DNA of 64,000 bases from an uncultured Gemmatimonadales bacterium (GTDB lineage Bacteria; Gemmatimonadota; Gemmatimonadetes; Gemmatimonadales; Gemmatimonadaceae), in assembly GCA_963707505.1 (NCBI GenBank), contig CAVPQB010000006.1:64001-128000 (forward strand), read 5' to 3'. This document shows, piece after piece, positions 40,537 through 50,994 of the stretch. How positions within the stretch are numbered: the stretch's first letter is position 1; every line of letters starts with the position of its first letter. The notes below the pieces were generated by a model. It had not been told where the DNA came from and searched no databases. It saw nothing but the letters and a program-made list of their open reading frames with translations. A program made the translations under genes and the position numbers.

Positions 40537-43365
40537 CTACTTCGCCCCGCCTCCGTAAATCCCGTTGAAGAGAAAGCGGAACGTCCCGTGCGGCTGCGCA
40601 CGGAAGGTGATCTCCGGCCCGAACAGGAAGAGCTGCCCCTGTCCAACCTTCGCTTCCGCAATCGCGACTGCGCCATCGAGATAATTCTGACCCCATGCCC
40701 AACCGCTGCGCAGCGGATGATCCGAATCGAACCACGCCACCGGATGAACGCCCTTGAGAGCAGCATCGGGCGCCAGACGGAACGCCGGACTGTTGTCGAA
40801 AAAGACATCCATATGCGACGGAGCGCCGGCAGCGATGCCGAGGTTGTTGTTCACGGCCACGCTGAGTACAGATCCAGGCACGTAGAACTTGTCGCCCGGC
40901 AGCGGACGCGTCTTCCCGTTCGGCGATTGCTCGACGAGCGCATTGCCCACCGGCAGGCCAATCATCGACGCCAGAGACGTCGATCCGCCGATCGTGATCA
41001 CGTTACCACCCTGCTCCATGAACTTCTTGAGCATCGGCGCGCTCTTCTCAGCAGAGAGGCGCCCCGTCATGTGTTGATATTCCTGCGGAATGTCGCGTTC
41101 GCGCGACGCACCGCCGAATCCGCGTGCGCTTGCGTCACTCAGCGCACCGGATGGAAGAATCAACGCGTCGAACTTGCCATCGAGCTTGCCACCGTCGATA
41201 TCCTGCGGATACACCAGCGTGTACGGGAACTCGAACTGCTCCAGCATCCAGCGGATCTGACCCGACGGCATCGATCCACCGTACGTATCCCACAGCGCAA
41301 GCCGCTCCTGCTTGAGCTTGGTGTCGTTTGCCGTCGCGCGTGTGCTCGTTCCCTGGAAGCTCACTCCGAGCTCCTTCGCTGCTTTCGTGATCACAGGCAT
41401 CGCAACCGATCCAGCAGCGACGTAGAACGTTCCGGCCGGATAAGTCTTCCCGTGAGCGGTGACCGGCTCTTTGAGCCAGTACACGTCAGCGTGATTCTTG
41501 AGCAGGCGATTCACTACCGTGAACGCGTCGTTCTCTGCGTGCGAGAACAGGAATCCCGCTGCACCACCTGCATCTGCCACGGTACCCGCCGGCGGGCTTG
41601 CAAGTCCGTTCACAGTCTCGAATGGTCCGTTAAAGGCATCCAGGATGCGATCGAAGTGCACGCCCATCATGTAGGCGAGCGTGTAGCCGGTGTTGTCGTA
41701 CGGCCGCGTCGGCGGACCGCCGGGATACGGAAAGTCGTTCGGATGATCCTGCGGCTCGAACATGTCCATCACATATGGACGGAATGCCTGCGCCGTCTTC
41801 ACGACGAACGATCCGGCGGGATACTGCTTGCCGTTCACGGTGAATGGCGCCGTCGCGCGCTGCACTGTAATGCCATTGTGCCGCAGCGTGTTGACGAACT
41901 TCACTGCGGTGAGAAAGTCGGGCTGATCAGTCGTGATTATGTAGCCGCGTGGATCACGCATTGCTGGATCGTGAAGCACACTGGCGTAGTACTTGTCATC
42001 TACTCCCCGTGAACGCCCCGCCGCCGCGGCCGCCGCCCCGCGCGTGCCGCGTGCGCCGGTCTGATCAGCCGCAACGGCGGAATCCACTGCAGCGATCCGG
42101 TCACCCGAGATGGTCCACGTGTCGTGATTCCCCTTCTCGATCGAATTGCGGCCCATCGCGTACAGGTCGTACAGGAACTCATCCTTCTGTCGAGACGCAA
42201 GATCGAGCACCGCGTAGTTCGCCGTTACCTCGTAGTCGATCGACTGCTTGAAGTGCCATTCCTGTGGCGCAATCGGATACGGCACATCGCCGCGCGGAAG
42301 CTGCATCTCCGGAACGAACGGAATCTTCTCCGGCGTTGGATTGCCGATCGCTTCGGTGAGCAAGCCAATCATGTTGTGGAAGTACGGCGTGGTGCGCAGT
42401 CCGCCATTCCACCACGTCGAATAGTTCGCCGCGGAGCGCGTCACGACCCCCGGCTTGTGCTCTCGATTGAATCTGTCGTGCATCGCCGCGCCGATCAGAT
42501 CCAGATCGGTGGCGATCATCGGATCGTAGTTGTAGTTGAACGGATCTCTGAACGGCGGCGAGAACATCACCGCGCCAGCAGGGCCGGTCTGGTGGTGGTT
42601 GTAAACGATCTGTGGAAACCACTCCCAGTACAGCACATGGTTGATGTTCTTCGTCTCGGCCTGATTCGACATGTAGAAGTCACGGTTGTTGTCGTGTCCC
42701 GTGTACTTCTGCCACAGACGCGGTACATCCTCGTTGCGCTTCAGCGTGTCGGCATCCTTCATGTACCAGTTCGACACCAGCTGCATTCCGTCAGGATTGG
42801 CGTGCACCGCGAGAATTATGCAGTCGTTGAGGATGCGCTTCGTCTCTGGATCGTTGCGACTCAACAGGTCGTATACCGTCTGCATCAGCTGGTGCGCACC
42901 GAGCACCTCGCTCGCGTGCAATCCACCGTCGATCCAGACTACAGCCTTCCCTTCCTCCGCCAGCGCGTGCGCCTGCGCGTCCGTCAGGCCCTCCGCATGC
43001 GCTAGCCGCGCAGAGATTTCCTTGTAGCGATCCAGATGCTTCATGTTCTCCGGCGACGATATGATCGCCATGAGCTGAGTGCGTCCCTCTTCCGTCTTCC
43101 CGATATCAACCAGCTTCATCCGATCGGATTCGCCAGCCAGCTTGTGCCAGTACGCCGAGAACTGATCGTAATTCGCGAGCCAGTAATCGTCACCGATGTT
43201 ATGGCCAAACTGCTGTTTTGGCGTCGTGATCGATGCATTTATCGATGTGTCCGCGGACTGTTGCGCTCGCGCGAGCGACGGAATCACGACTGTACCGGCC
43301 GGCGCCAGTACGATTGCGGCGCCCAGCAATGCTCGGCGCAGGGACTGCCTGGATATCTTCATCAT
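40537..43365 (-). CDS. M14 family zinc carboxypeptidase, secreted
   Basis: GLHASE (HxxE), NPDG, DNNRD, NHHQ; signal peptide starts at MMKISRQ (43365). Confidence 0.88.
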   Translation of the reverse strand: MMKISRQSLRRALLGAAIVLAPAGTVVIPSLARAQQSADTSINASITTPKQQFGHNIGDDYWLANYDQFSAYWHKLAGESDRMKLVDIGKTEEGRTQLMAIISSPENMKHLDRYKEISARLAHAEGLTDAQAHALAEEGKAVVWIDGGLHASEVLGAHQLMQTVYDLLSRNDPETKRILNDCIILAVHANPDGMQLVSNWYMKDADTLKRNEDVPRLWQKYTGHDNNRDFYMSNQAETKNINHVLYWEWFPQIVYNHHQTGPAGAVMFSPPFRDPFNYNYDPMIATDLDLIGAAMHDRFNREHKPGVVTRSAANYSTWWNGGLRTTPYFHNMIGLLTEAIGNPTPEKIPFVPEMQLPRGDVPYPIAPQEWHFKQSIDYEVTANYAVLDLASRQKDEFLYDLYAMGRNSIEKGNHDTWTISGDRIAAVDSAVAADQTGARGTRGAAAAAAGRSRGVDDKYYASVLHDPAMRDPRGYIITTDQPDFLTAVKFVNTLRHNGITVQRATAPFTVNGKQYPAGSFVVKTAQAFRPYVMDMFEPQDHPNDFPYPGGPPTRPYDNTGYTLAYMMGVHFDRILDAFNGPFETVNGLASPPAGTVADAGGAAGFLFSHAENDAFTVVNRLLKNHADVYWLKEPVTAHGKTYPAGTFYVAAGSVAMPVITKAAKELGVSFQGTSTRATANDTKLKQERLALWDTYGGSMPSGQIRWMLEQFEFPYTLVYPQDIDGGKLDGKFDALILPSGALSDASARGFGGASRERDIPQEYQHMTGRLSAEKSAPMLKKFMEQGGNVITIGGSTSLASMIGLPVGNALVEQSPNGKTRPLPGDKFYVPGSVLSVAVNNNLGIAAGAPSHMDVFFDNSPAFRLAPDAALKGVHPVAWFDSDHPLRSGWAWGQNYLDGAVAIAEAKVGQGQLFLFGPEITFRAQPHGTFRFLFNGIYGGGAK

Positions 43366-43477
43366 CAGGTAGGCGGGATGGGAAGGTGACGAGAGCGCGC
43401 GAGGCGCCCTGCCGAAAATACGCGGTGGAGGGGCCGAGTGATGAAACTCAGTATCCGCGAATCCAACAGGAGCTATC

Positions 43478-43886
43478 ATGCGAGCCGATCGAGCAACGGG
43501 GACGTTCGACGTAAAACTTGCCCCACTCACGAGTTACAACGCCGATGAGACGTCCATTGGACGAATGTCCATCGACAAGCAATTTCACGGAGATCTCGAG
43601 GCGACCAGCAAGGGAGAGATGCTCAGTTCCATGGACCGTGTTGTTGGCTCCGGCGCATACGTTGCCATCGAACGCGTGACGGGCACTCTCGCGGGTCGCC
43701 AGGGCGGCTTTGTCGCTCTATCACATCGGCACGATGGACCGCGGTAAACCGCAGCTATCGGTCAGGGTAGTACCCGACTCAGGCACCGGTCAGCTGACCG
43801 GTCTCACCGGCGCAATGACGATCGACATCGATGCCGGGAATCACTCCTACGGCTTCGACTATTCGCTGCCGGAACTGGACGAATAG
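43478..43886 (+). CDS. DUF3224 family protein (one frameshift near 43720)
   Basis: ATGTFDVK..KQFHGDLEATSKGEML..YVAIERVTGTLAGR, then in shifted frame VVPDSGTGQLTGLTG..HSYGFDY; AGGAG RBS. Confidence 0.8.
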
Positions 43887-43987
43887 TCGCCGATGGCGTT
43901 CCATGTCGCAGCGGTGAACTTCGCCCAGCGTTTCGTCCGAGGTTCCGAAATCGGAAGCGACTTCGTGTGTAGCTGACAAGTCTCGCG

Positions 43988-45073
43988 TCAGCGCGTGTGT
44001 CGAAACCCCTGACACAACACCGCGGACGCACCTTCGGCCTGACAGTGACTGCTGGATGCGGATGTCTCACGCTTTCCATACGAGCCCGAGTAAGATGACG
44101 CTCCGCTCGCGTACACTTGCCGGTCGGCCGTCCCCCATCTTGCGCGCGTCCCACGCACGTCTATGTGCGCAAATGGCCCACTGGGCCCCATCTCTCGATA
44201 CAGCCCAAGGCCACCCGCGAGATCGGGATGAGCCAACTCCACACGATCGACCGCTGCTTCGATCACGCGTACGTCGCCTGCATCGACGCGGCCGTCATGG
44301 TTGAGGTCGTCCATACGGCCGTCCCCGTCGGAATCGATTATCATGTCGACAGCATCGCCATACTGATGCCGGCTCTCGCGTGCGCGGCCGCTCGCATCGC
44401 CGAGCGCAAAATTGTATGACGGCGTCCGGAATCCTGATAGCACTCGCACGTGCTCAGTGGAAACGCCGTGCATCTCCAGATCTGCGAGCACCAGCTCGAC
44501 CTTGTCGAGCAACGCCTCACGCAACACGATGTATTTCGGAAACGGCGTACCATCATGCGTTACGAAGTCGCCGAGCGTGAAGTGATCCGAGACTGGAGTG
44601 CCAGCATTCGCCGCCGTCACTTCGACGAAGCCAGCCGGATTCTCATACGCATCCGATTGCACTGCGTGCAGTTCCGCAGGCCAGAATCCCACGCGATAGT
44701 CGTCGATGTATTCGCCGCGCTTCGCGTCGAACGGAATGACACCGATGAACGCGAATGGATGTCCGCCAACTCCCTCCGGAATCGCGTACACTCCGCTCGG
44801 CGCACTCCCCGCTGCAAGGAGATGGATGCGGACGCGCCCACTCGCACCGGTGCTCGTGTCGCCGCGCTCGGCCGGCGGAACTGCCGCCAGTCCGGTCGAA
44901 GGCGCTGGCGTGGTCGGATCGCTCGCCGCAATCCTCACCCGCGCAGGCTTCGCGCTCACTACGTTCCGAGCATGCGATCCTGCGCCGCGCGCAAATGCGG
45001 GGATCGCCACTGCGCCCAGCAACAGGCACAACGCGGCGGCCCCCATCGCGTGAACGCGGGGAATCGATGACAT
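43988..45073 (-). CDS. Peptidase M15A / D-Ala-D-Ala carboxypeptidase-fold protein
   Basis: Signal peptide, SGFRTPSYN, SRHQYGDAVD, AHIDVRG zinc motifs. Confidence 0.8.
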   Translation of the reverse strand: MSSIPRVHAMGAAALCLLLGAVAIPAFARGAGSHARNVVSAKPARVRIAASDPTTPAPSTGLAAVPPAERGDTSTGASGRVRIHLLAAGSAPSGVYAIPEGVGGHPFAFIGVIPFDAKRGEYIDDYRVGFWPAELHAVQSDAYENPAGFVEVTAANAGTPVSDHFTLGDFVTHDGTPFPKYIVLREALLDKVELVLADLEMHGVSTEHVRVLSGFRTPSYNFALGDASGRARESRHQYGDAVDMIIDSDGDGRMDDLNHDGRVDAGDVRVIEAAVDRVELAHPDLAGGLGLYREMGPSGPFAHIDVRGTRARWGTADRQVYASGASSYSGSYGKRETSASSSHCQAEGASAVLCQGFRHTR

Positions 45074-45094
45074 GCCTCGAGTATCGGCACCTGA

Positions 45095-46168
45095 TCAGCC
45101 ATCGAGGGCGAATGCATGGCGGACGGTGCGGAGAACCGAGCGCGTGACGTCGCTGGCACGCTCGGTACCCTCCCGCAGGACCTCGCGGACGTAGGCGCGG
45201 TCGCCCGCGAGTGCTGCGCGGCGTTCACGCATCGGGGCAATTACCTGCTCCAGCACGTCGCTGAGGCGCCGCTTGAGCGGCGCATCACCAAGCCCGCCGC
45301 GTTGATAGCGGGCCTTGAGCTCTGCGACCGCGGCCACGTCGGGGTCGAAGGCGTCGAGGTAAGCGAAAACGACGTTGCCGTCGACGTTGCCGGGATCGCT
45401 GGCCCGGAGGTGTCCGGGGTCGGTGTACATCGCCTGCACCAGCCGGCGGATTTCGTCGGAGGAGGCGCCGAGCGGGACGGCGTTTCCGAGCGACTTGCTC
45501 GCCTTCCGGCCGTCGACGCCCGGCAGTCGCGGCGTCGCCGAGAGCAGCGCGCGGCACTCCGGAAGGATCGATACTCCGCCGAGGCGATTCACCCGGCGCG
45601 CGATCTCGTTGGTCTGCTCGATCATCGGGAGCTGGTCGTCGCCGACCGGAACGAGCGTGGCGCGGAACCCGGTGATGTCCGCCGCCTGGCTCACCGGGTA
45701 GCACAGGAAGCCGGCGGGGATGTCGCGGGCGAAGCCGCGCAGCTCGATTTCAGCCTTCACGGTCGGATTGCGCTCCAGACGCGCGACCGTGACCAGATTG
45801 AGGTACAGCACCGTCAGCTCGGCGAGCGCCGGCAACCGCGACTGTACGGCGATGGTAGTGAGGGCCGGGTCGATGCCAGCGGCGAGGTAGTCGAGTGCCA
45901 CCTCTTCGACGTGCGCGGCGACGTGCGCCGGCCCTCCGCCGGCTGCGCGATTGCTCGCGTCGGTGAGCGCCTGAAGATCGGCGATGAGCAACGTCTGGAC
46001 ACAGCGGCCCTGGAGGGCGATACGTGTCGAGAGCGACCCGGCGTAGTGGCCAAGGTGGAGCGCGCCAGTCGGACGGTCCCCCGTAAGGACAACGTCTTCG
46101 GGACGCAGCGCGTCGGAGGATTGGACAGGCGTGGTGGCACAAGCTTCGGCATGGACGAACATGGACAA
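45095..46168 (-). CDS. trpS: Tryptophan--tRNA ligase (TrpRS II-like)
   Basis: [32 protein letters not shown]; start may be ATG 46162. Confidence 0.92.
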   Translation of the reverse strand: MSMFVHAEACATTPVQSSDALRPEDVVLTGDRPTGALHLGHYAGSLSTRIALQGRCVQTLLIADLQALTDASNRAAGGGPAHVAAHVEEVALDYLAAGIDPALTTIAVQSRLPALAELTVLYLNLVTVARLERNPTVKAEIELRGFARDIPAGFLCYPVSQAADITGFRATLVPVGDDQLPMIEQTNEIARRVNRLGGVSILPECRALLSATPRLPGVDGRKASKSLGNAVPLGASSDEIRRLVQAMYTDPGHLRASDPGNVDGNVVFAYLDAFDPDVAAVAELKARYQRGGLGDAPLKRRLSDVLEQVIAPMRERRAALAGDRAYVREVLREGTERASDVTRSVLRTVRHAFALDG

Positions 46169-46243
46169 CTCCTCACAGAGGGCGAGAGGTAGCCGCGATG
46201 CCGAGCGAGCTGCAGCGCCGCGATGTGCGGCCGGAAACAGCAG

Positions 46244-46267
46244 GGGTCGCTCGATATCGAGCGACCC
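46244..46267 (-). terminator. Attenuator-like hairpin in trpS leader
   Basis: Perfect 24-bp palindrome GGGTCGCTCGATATCGAGCGACCC, followed on minus strand by CTGCTGTTTCC. Confidence 0.6.
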
Positions 46268-46297
46268 GGGATGTCAGCGCTGGTAAACGGGCACGCG

Positions 46298-46363
46298 CTA
46301 GTGGGCCACTCGGAATGAGTGCCACCACCAAGCCGTGCGCGAGATCACGAGCGGACGCATCAT
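46298..46363 (-). CDS. Trp-rich leader peptide MMRPLVISRTAWWWHSFRVAH
   Basis: Three consecutive TGG codons (46322-46330) in a 21-codon ORF ending ~130 bp upstream of trpS on the same strand. Confidence 0.78.
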   Translation of the reverse strand: MMRPLVISRTAWWWHSFRVAH

Positions 46364-46369
46364 ATGAAT

Positions 46370-46398
46370 AGGATAACGCCGAACCGGAGTAGCGGAAA
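46370..46398 (-). promoter_or_regulatory. Candidate promoter for leaderless leader-peptide mRNA
   Basis: TTTCCG-N17-TATCCT, 6 nt before the leader ATG; no SD sequence. Confidence 0.45.
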
Positions 46399-46517
46399 GT
46401 CTGGCCACGTCGCTCGGCATGAACCCCGCCGAGCGCACGGGGTCTAGCGTCCGTGCGATTTCAGACGTATAGCTCCGGAGCAGAGTTCGCCCGCTTTCCG
46501 CCCCCAACGAGACGACC

Positions 46518-48677
46518 ATGCATCGTTCCGCCCCACTCGCGACCGCCATCCTCCTCGCCGCCGTCGCCGGAGCATCCGGCGCCCAGCAATCCCCTAATGG
46601 TAAACGGGCGTTTACACCGACCGACTACTATAAGGTTACCAATCTCGCGGCCCCGGAAATATCACCGGACGGCAAGCTGGTCGCGTTTACCGTGACGACG
46701 GTCAAGGAGAAGGACAACAAGCGGCACTCCGAAGTCTGGGTGGTGCCAACCACGAGCGGCGCGCCAACGCGCTACACATCGTCTGGCTTCGAGAGCAGCA
46801 ACCCGCACTTCTCGCCCGATGGCAAGTATCTCTTCTTCACCTCTCGCCGCCCTGAAGGAAAGGGTGCACGCTGGGCCCTCCGCATGGATGTCCCCGGCGG
46901 CGAGGCATTCCAGATGGACGACTACCCAAACTCGACCTCCGTCTCGGCAGATCACCGCGTCGGTGTCTGGGCCGACACGGTCGATGCACCGGCACGCGAC
47001 ACCAGCAAGCGCGCGGCGGGTCCGTACGGGGCGATGGGCAAGTTGTCGCGCCCGCCATTCGACGCGATAACAAAGCCAATCGACGCCAAGCGCTTCGATG
47101 GGATGCAGTTCACCGACATGCGATTCAAGAGCAACGATGCCGGCTTCGTCGCCAGCCGCAGCGAGCCGCACAGTTATCCCGCGTCGCAGATCTGGATTCA
47201 GTCGTACGACGGCACACCGAAGAAGATGTTGACGAACACGGCGTACTCGCATCGCGACGTCGTCATATCGCCGGATGGGAAGTCGGTCGCGTTCACCGCT
47301 GATGCGGAGCTGCGTCCCGACTCCGTTGTCGAAGCGGAGCGCGATTCACTTGCAAAGCTGCCATACGATGCAGTGCGTGACGAGCGCACGCGTGATGACG
47401 TCGACGTCTTCGTTGTCCCCAGTGATGGCAGCGGCGCACCGCGGCGCGTAACGCGCTTCGCCGGAATGAAGCGCTCGCTCCAGTGGTCACCCGATTCCAG
47501 GTCGATATCGTTCACAAGTGCACCGTCGCGCGTGACGTCACAGCGCATCTACGTTGCCAACGTCACGGATGGCAATCCGCAGAACGTGCTGGGCGACTTC
47601 AAGTACGAGCCGCAGCAGTATCAGTGGACTCCGAAGGGCGACATCATAATGAGCGCCTCGGTCGGCGGCCGTGCTGCGCTCTTCACTGTGAATCCGAAGA
47701 CGAAAACACCGAAGGAGATCCTTGGCGGCCGTCGCGCATTGCGCGGATGGGACATCAACCCACAGCACGGTCAGATTGCGTTCATCGCGACCGACATGAC
47801 CCATCCTACCGAGCTGTTCATCGCAGACGCAAGCGGCGCCCAGGAGCGGAAGCTCACTGCGTTCAATGACAAACTGAACTCCGAGATCGCATTCGCTGAC
47901 GGCGAGCGATTCACCTACAATTCCGTCGGTGGCCTCGAGATCGAAGGGTGGCTGATGAAGCCATACGGCTATCAGGCTGGAAAGAAGTATCCGCTCGTCC
48001 TCTACATCCACGGTGGCCCGCACTCGCAGTACGACGAAGGATGGTTCGACGAATTTCAGAATCTCGCCGGCGCAGGAATGATGGTGTTGTTCACGAACCC
48101 GCGCGGATCGTCCGGCTACGGCGCGGACTTCACGTACTCCACGCGCGGCCGCTGGGGCGCGGAAGATTACACCGATCTGATGAAGGCAGTCGACATTGCC
48201 GCCGTGCGACCCGACGTCGACTCGACACGCATGGGCGTCACGGGCGGCTCTTATGGCGGATACATGACTGCATGGATCGAAACGAAAACCGATCGCTTCA
48301 AGGCCGCACAGACGGATCGCATGATCAGCGACTGGACCTACTGGTACGGAGCAAGCGACGCTCAGGGCCTGACCGAATTTGAATTCTATGGCAAGCCGTG
48401 GGACAATTTCGCGATGTACGATTCACTCTCGCCGATCCGCCACGTAACCAGCGTCCGTACGCCGACGCTGCTGGTGCAGAGCGAGAACGACTTCCGCGCA
48501 CCGATGGGCGACGCCGAGTTGTGGTATCTTGCTCTCAAGAAGCAGGGAGTTCCGGCTGAGTTCGTGCGATATCCACGGTCGACGCACGAGCTGTCGCGTT
48601 CAGGTGAGCCCTGGCTCCTGGTAGACAGACTCGGCCGCATCCGCCAGTGGTTCTCGCACTGGCTCAGGTCCACATGA
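46518..48677 (+). CDS. S9C acylaminoacyl-peptidase family serine peptidase
   Basis: Signal peptide, SPDG propeller repeats, IHGGPH, NPRGSSGYG, GGSYGG, ENDFR, STHE. Confidence 0.92.
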   Translation: MHRSAPLATAILLAAVAGASGAQQSPNGKRAFTPTDYYKVTNLAAPEISPDGKLVAFTVTTVKEKDNKRHSEVWVVPTTSGAPTRYTSSGFESSNPHFSPDGKYLFFTSRRPEGKGARWALRMDVPGGEAFQMDDYPNSTSVSADHRVGVWADTVDAPARDTSKRAAGPYGAMGKLSRPPFDAITKPIDAKRFDGMQFTDMRFKSNDAGFVASRSEPHSYPASQIWIQSYDGTPKKMLTNTAYSHRDVVISPDGKSVAFTADAELRPDSVVEAERDSLAKLPYDAVRDERTRDDVDVFVVPSDGSGAPRRVTRFAGMKRSLQWSPDSRSISFTSAPSRVTSQRIYVANVTDGNPQNVLGDFKYEPQQYQWTPKGDIIMSASVGGRAALFTVNPKTKTPKEILGGRRALRGWDINPQHGQIAFIATDMTHPTELFIADASGAQERKLTAFNDKLNSEIAFADGERFTYNSVGGLEIEGWLMKPYGYQAGKKYPLVLYIHGGPHSQYDEGWFDEFQNLAGAGMMVLFTNPRGSSGYGADFTYSTRGRWGAEDYTDLMKAVDIAAVRPDVDSTRMGVTGGSYGGYMTAWIETKTDRFKAAQTDRMISDWTYWYGASDAQGLTEFEFYGKPWDNFAMYDSLSPIRHVTSVRTPTLLVQSENDFRAPMGDAELWYLALKKQGVPAEFVRYPRSTHELSRSGEPWLLVDRLGRIRQWFSHWLRST

Positions 48678-49840
48678 AAATACGCATTGGTATTGCCGCA
48701 CTGTCGCTCGCACTGGTCGGTGCGAGCGCCCCCCAGTCTCGCACGATGTATCTCGATAATGGCCTCGCGCTGACGCCACCGATGGGGTGGAACAGCTGGA
48801 ACCATTTCGGCTGCAACGTGAGCGAGTCGTTGATTCGGGAGACTGCTGATTCGATGGCAGCGAACGGGATGCGTGATGCCGGATACAAGTACGTTGTGAT
48901 CGACGATTGCTGGCAGGTGGCACGCGCCGCGGACGGAACCATCATTGCGGACTCCACGCGCTTCCCGCATGGCATCGCGGCGCTCGCCGACTACGTCCAC
49001 AGCAAGGGACTCAAATTCGGCATCTACACGGACGCAGGAACGAAAACCTGTCAGGGACGACCGGGCACCTACGGACATGAAGTGCAGGATGCACGCACGT
49101 ATGCCGCGTGGCACGTCGATTACGTCAAGGAAGACTGGTGCAACGCAACCGGACTCGATGCGCCGACACAGTATGCAAAGTTCCGCGACGCGCTCGCGCA
49201 GTCCGGCCGCAAGATCGTTTTCAGCATCTGCGAATGGGGGCACAATCAGCCGTGGGGCTGGGCTCCGGGCGCAGGCAATCTCTGGCGCACGACCGAGGAC
49301 ATCGAGGACAAGTGGCCGTCGATGCTCACCAATCTCGACATCTCCGCGCAACATTCCGCGATCGCTCGTCCGGGCGCGTGGAACGATCCAGACATGCTCG
49401 AAGTCGGCAACGGCGGAATGACCGACGGTGAGTATCGCGCGCACTTCAGCATGTGGGCGATCATGGCTGCGCCGTTGCTGGCTGGCAATGATGTACGCAC
49501 GATGTCAGCCGCGACAAAAACCATTCTGTTGAACCCGGAAGTCATCGCCGTCGATCAGGACTCGCTTGGCGCGCAGGGCGTGATAGTCTGGGAGCCGACA
49601 CCGGAGCTTCAGGTGTGGTCCAAACGTCTGCACGACGGTTCGATCGCAGTTGCGCTTCTCAATCGCTCTACAGCACCCGCAAAGATCTCCGCCAACTTCT
49701 GGCGCGCCGGTCTGCATGTGAGCTCAGCCAGGGTCCGCGACCTGTGGGCACACGCGGACCTTGGAACTTTCAAGAGCGAGTACGCGACGACCGTCGCCGC
49801 GCACGGCGTCGTCATGATACGCGTCACACCGACTACTTAG
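48674..49840 (+). CDS. GH27 alpha-galactosidase
   Basis: TPPMGWNSWN, IDDCW, YVKEDWC, WRTTEDI, WNDPDMLEVGN; ATGA overlap with upstream gene. Confidence 0.93.
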   Translation: MKIRIGIAALSLALVGASAPQSRTMYLDNGLALTPPMGWNSWNHFGCNVSESLIRETADSMAANGMRDAGYKYVVIDDCWQVARAADGTIIADSTRFPHGIAALADYVHSKGLKFGIYTDAGTKTCQGRPGTYGHEVQDARTYAAWHVDYVKEDWCNATGLDAPTQYAKFRDALAQSGRKIVFSICEWGHNQPWGWAPGAGNLWRTTEDIEDKWPSMLTNLDISAQHSAIARPGAWNDPDMLEVGNGGMTDGEYRAHFSMWAIMAAPLLAGNDVRTMSAATKTILLNPEVIAVDQDSLGAQGVIVWEPTPELQVWSKRLHDGSIAVALLNRSTAPAKISANFWRAGLHVSSARVRDLWAHADLGTFKSEYATTVAAHGVVMIRVTPTT

Positions 49841-49845
49841 TAGCG

Positions 49846-50571
49846 CTACGACATCAACCTGAAGTCGTCTTCCACTCGCCGGATGATGCTCGTCGGCGAA
49901 TTGCAATTTGGAAACAGCAGCGCGTCGCTCACCGAAGTCAGTGCGATGCGCATCACGCGAAAGCGATCGGCAGCGAGCGCGTAGAAGTCACTTATCCCCG
50001 CCTCCTGTGCGAGTCTGTGATTCGCGGCGAGCTCGTAGCCACGCCTGCCCATCGATTCGTAATACTCGAGATCCGGCCCGCCCTTCCGCCAGCGTCGCTC
50101 CTCGATGTGATCCGGAAAGACACCACTGACCCAGAGCGCGTAATTACCAAGATGCTCGCGCGCCAGAAAGCTCCGCTTGGGATCTGAGCTGTCAGCTGCC
50201 TCAAGGATGGCGCCGAGCGTGTCGTACGTTTCGTCATCGAAGCGGCTGATGCGTTGTGCGCGGTCCCGCACGCCGAACTCCATGAAGAGCGATGCGAGGA
50301 AGTCCGCCAGAACGCGGTCGCGCTCACCGATGCGAGTGAGCGCATGGCGCATCACCACATACGTCAGAAGCGCATAGGATGCGATGACACCGCGATCCGT
50401 TCTGAGTAAGCCAATCAGCAACCGCGGGTCGTCGAGCAGAACATCGACGCCATCGCGCGCGAGCCGCCGCTCGCCTTCTTCGAGGTCTGAAATGCGACCC
50501 GAAGCGATTACGTGAAGCGCGAGCTGAGCATCGTCCCGCGTGAGTGAAGCGCGAACATTGGGTTTGACCAT
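49846..50571 (-). CDS. Hypothetical helical protein
   Basis: ATG 50571 with GGAGG RBS; protein-like sequence (HLGNYALWVSGVFPD, YYESMGRRGY); no function recognised. Confidence 0.7.
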   Translation of the reverse strand: MVKPNVRASLTRDDAQLALHVIASGRISDLEEGERRLARDGVDVLLDDPRLLIGLLRTDRGVIASYALLTYVVMRHALTRIGERDRVLADFLASLFMEFGVRDRAQRISRFDDETYDTLGAILEAADSSDPKRSFLAREHLGNYALWVSGVFPDHIEERRWRKGGPDLEYYESMGRRGYELAANHRLAQEAGISDFYALAADRFRVMRIALTSVSDALLFPNCNSPTSIIRRVEDDFRLMS

Positions 50572-50790
50572 TGCGCGTACCCTCCGGCTGAGGCCTGTAC
50601 AGGAGTCTCGACACCTCGACCGCGTACTCGAAGCTCGTCGCCCTGTCGCGGTTCGATCCTTCGTAAGCATGAACGCTTCGACCGGCGACCGGGTAAGGCG
50701 CTATTTATTGACTCCGTAGCTGGCAAGCGAAAGGCGCGTTGTGTAGTTTTACAGCATGGACGTCAATTTCTGCTGTATTTGCTGCCAGCC

Positions 50791-50994
50791 ATGACTACCG
50801 TGAAACGAGCACGCAAGACATTGGATATAGACCCCACGCTCCTGGAAGATGTTCGCGTCAGGCTCGGGGTCCGTACCGAGCGCGAGGCCGTGACGCGCGC
50901 GCTCGAGCAGATGCAGCGACAGCTGCACATGGCGGATCTCATTCACGAATTTCACGGTATCGGCCGCTTTGACGTCACTCGCATCGAAGACTGA
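50791..50994 (+). CDS. vapB: VapB-type antitoxin
   Basis: RKTLDIDPTLL..LGVRTEREAVTRAL ribbon-helix-helix-like pattern; overlaps PIN gene. Confidence 0.75.
   Translation: MTTVKRARKTLDIDPTLLEDVRVRLGVRTEREAVTRALEQMQRQLHMADLIHEFHGIGRFDVTRIED

Noticed and set aside
45116..46192. Long antisense ORFs (also 3421..4860, 40588..42012, 58512..59633, 36872..38017)
   Set aside because: Shadow frames of real genes, expected at high GC; no motifs or RBS.
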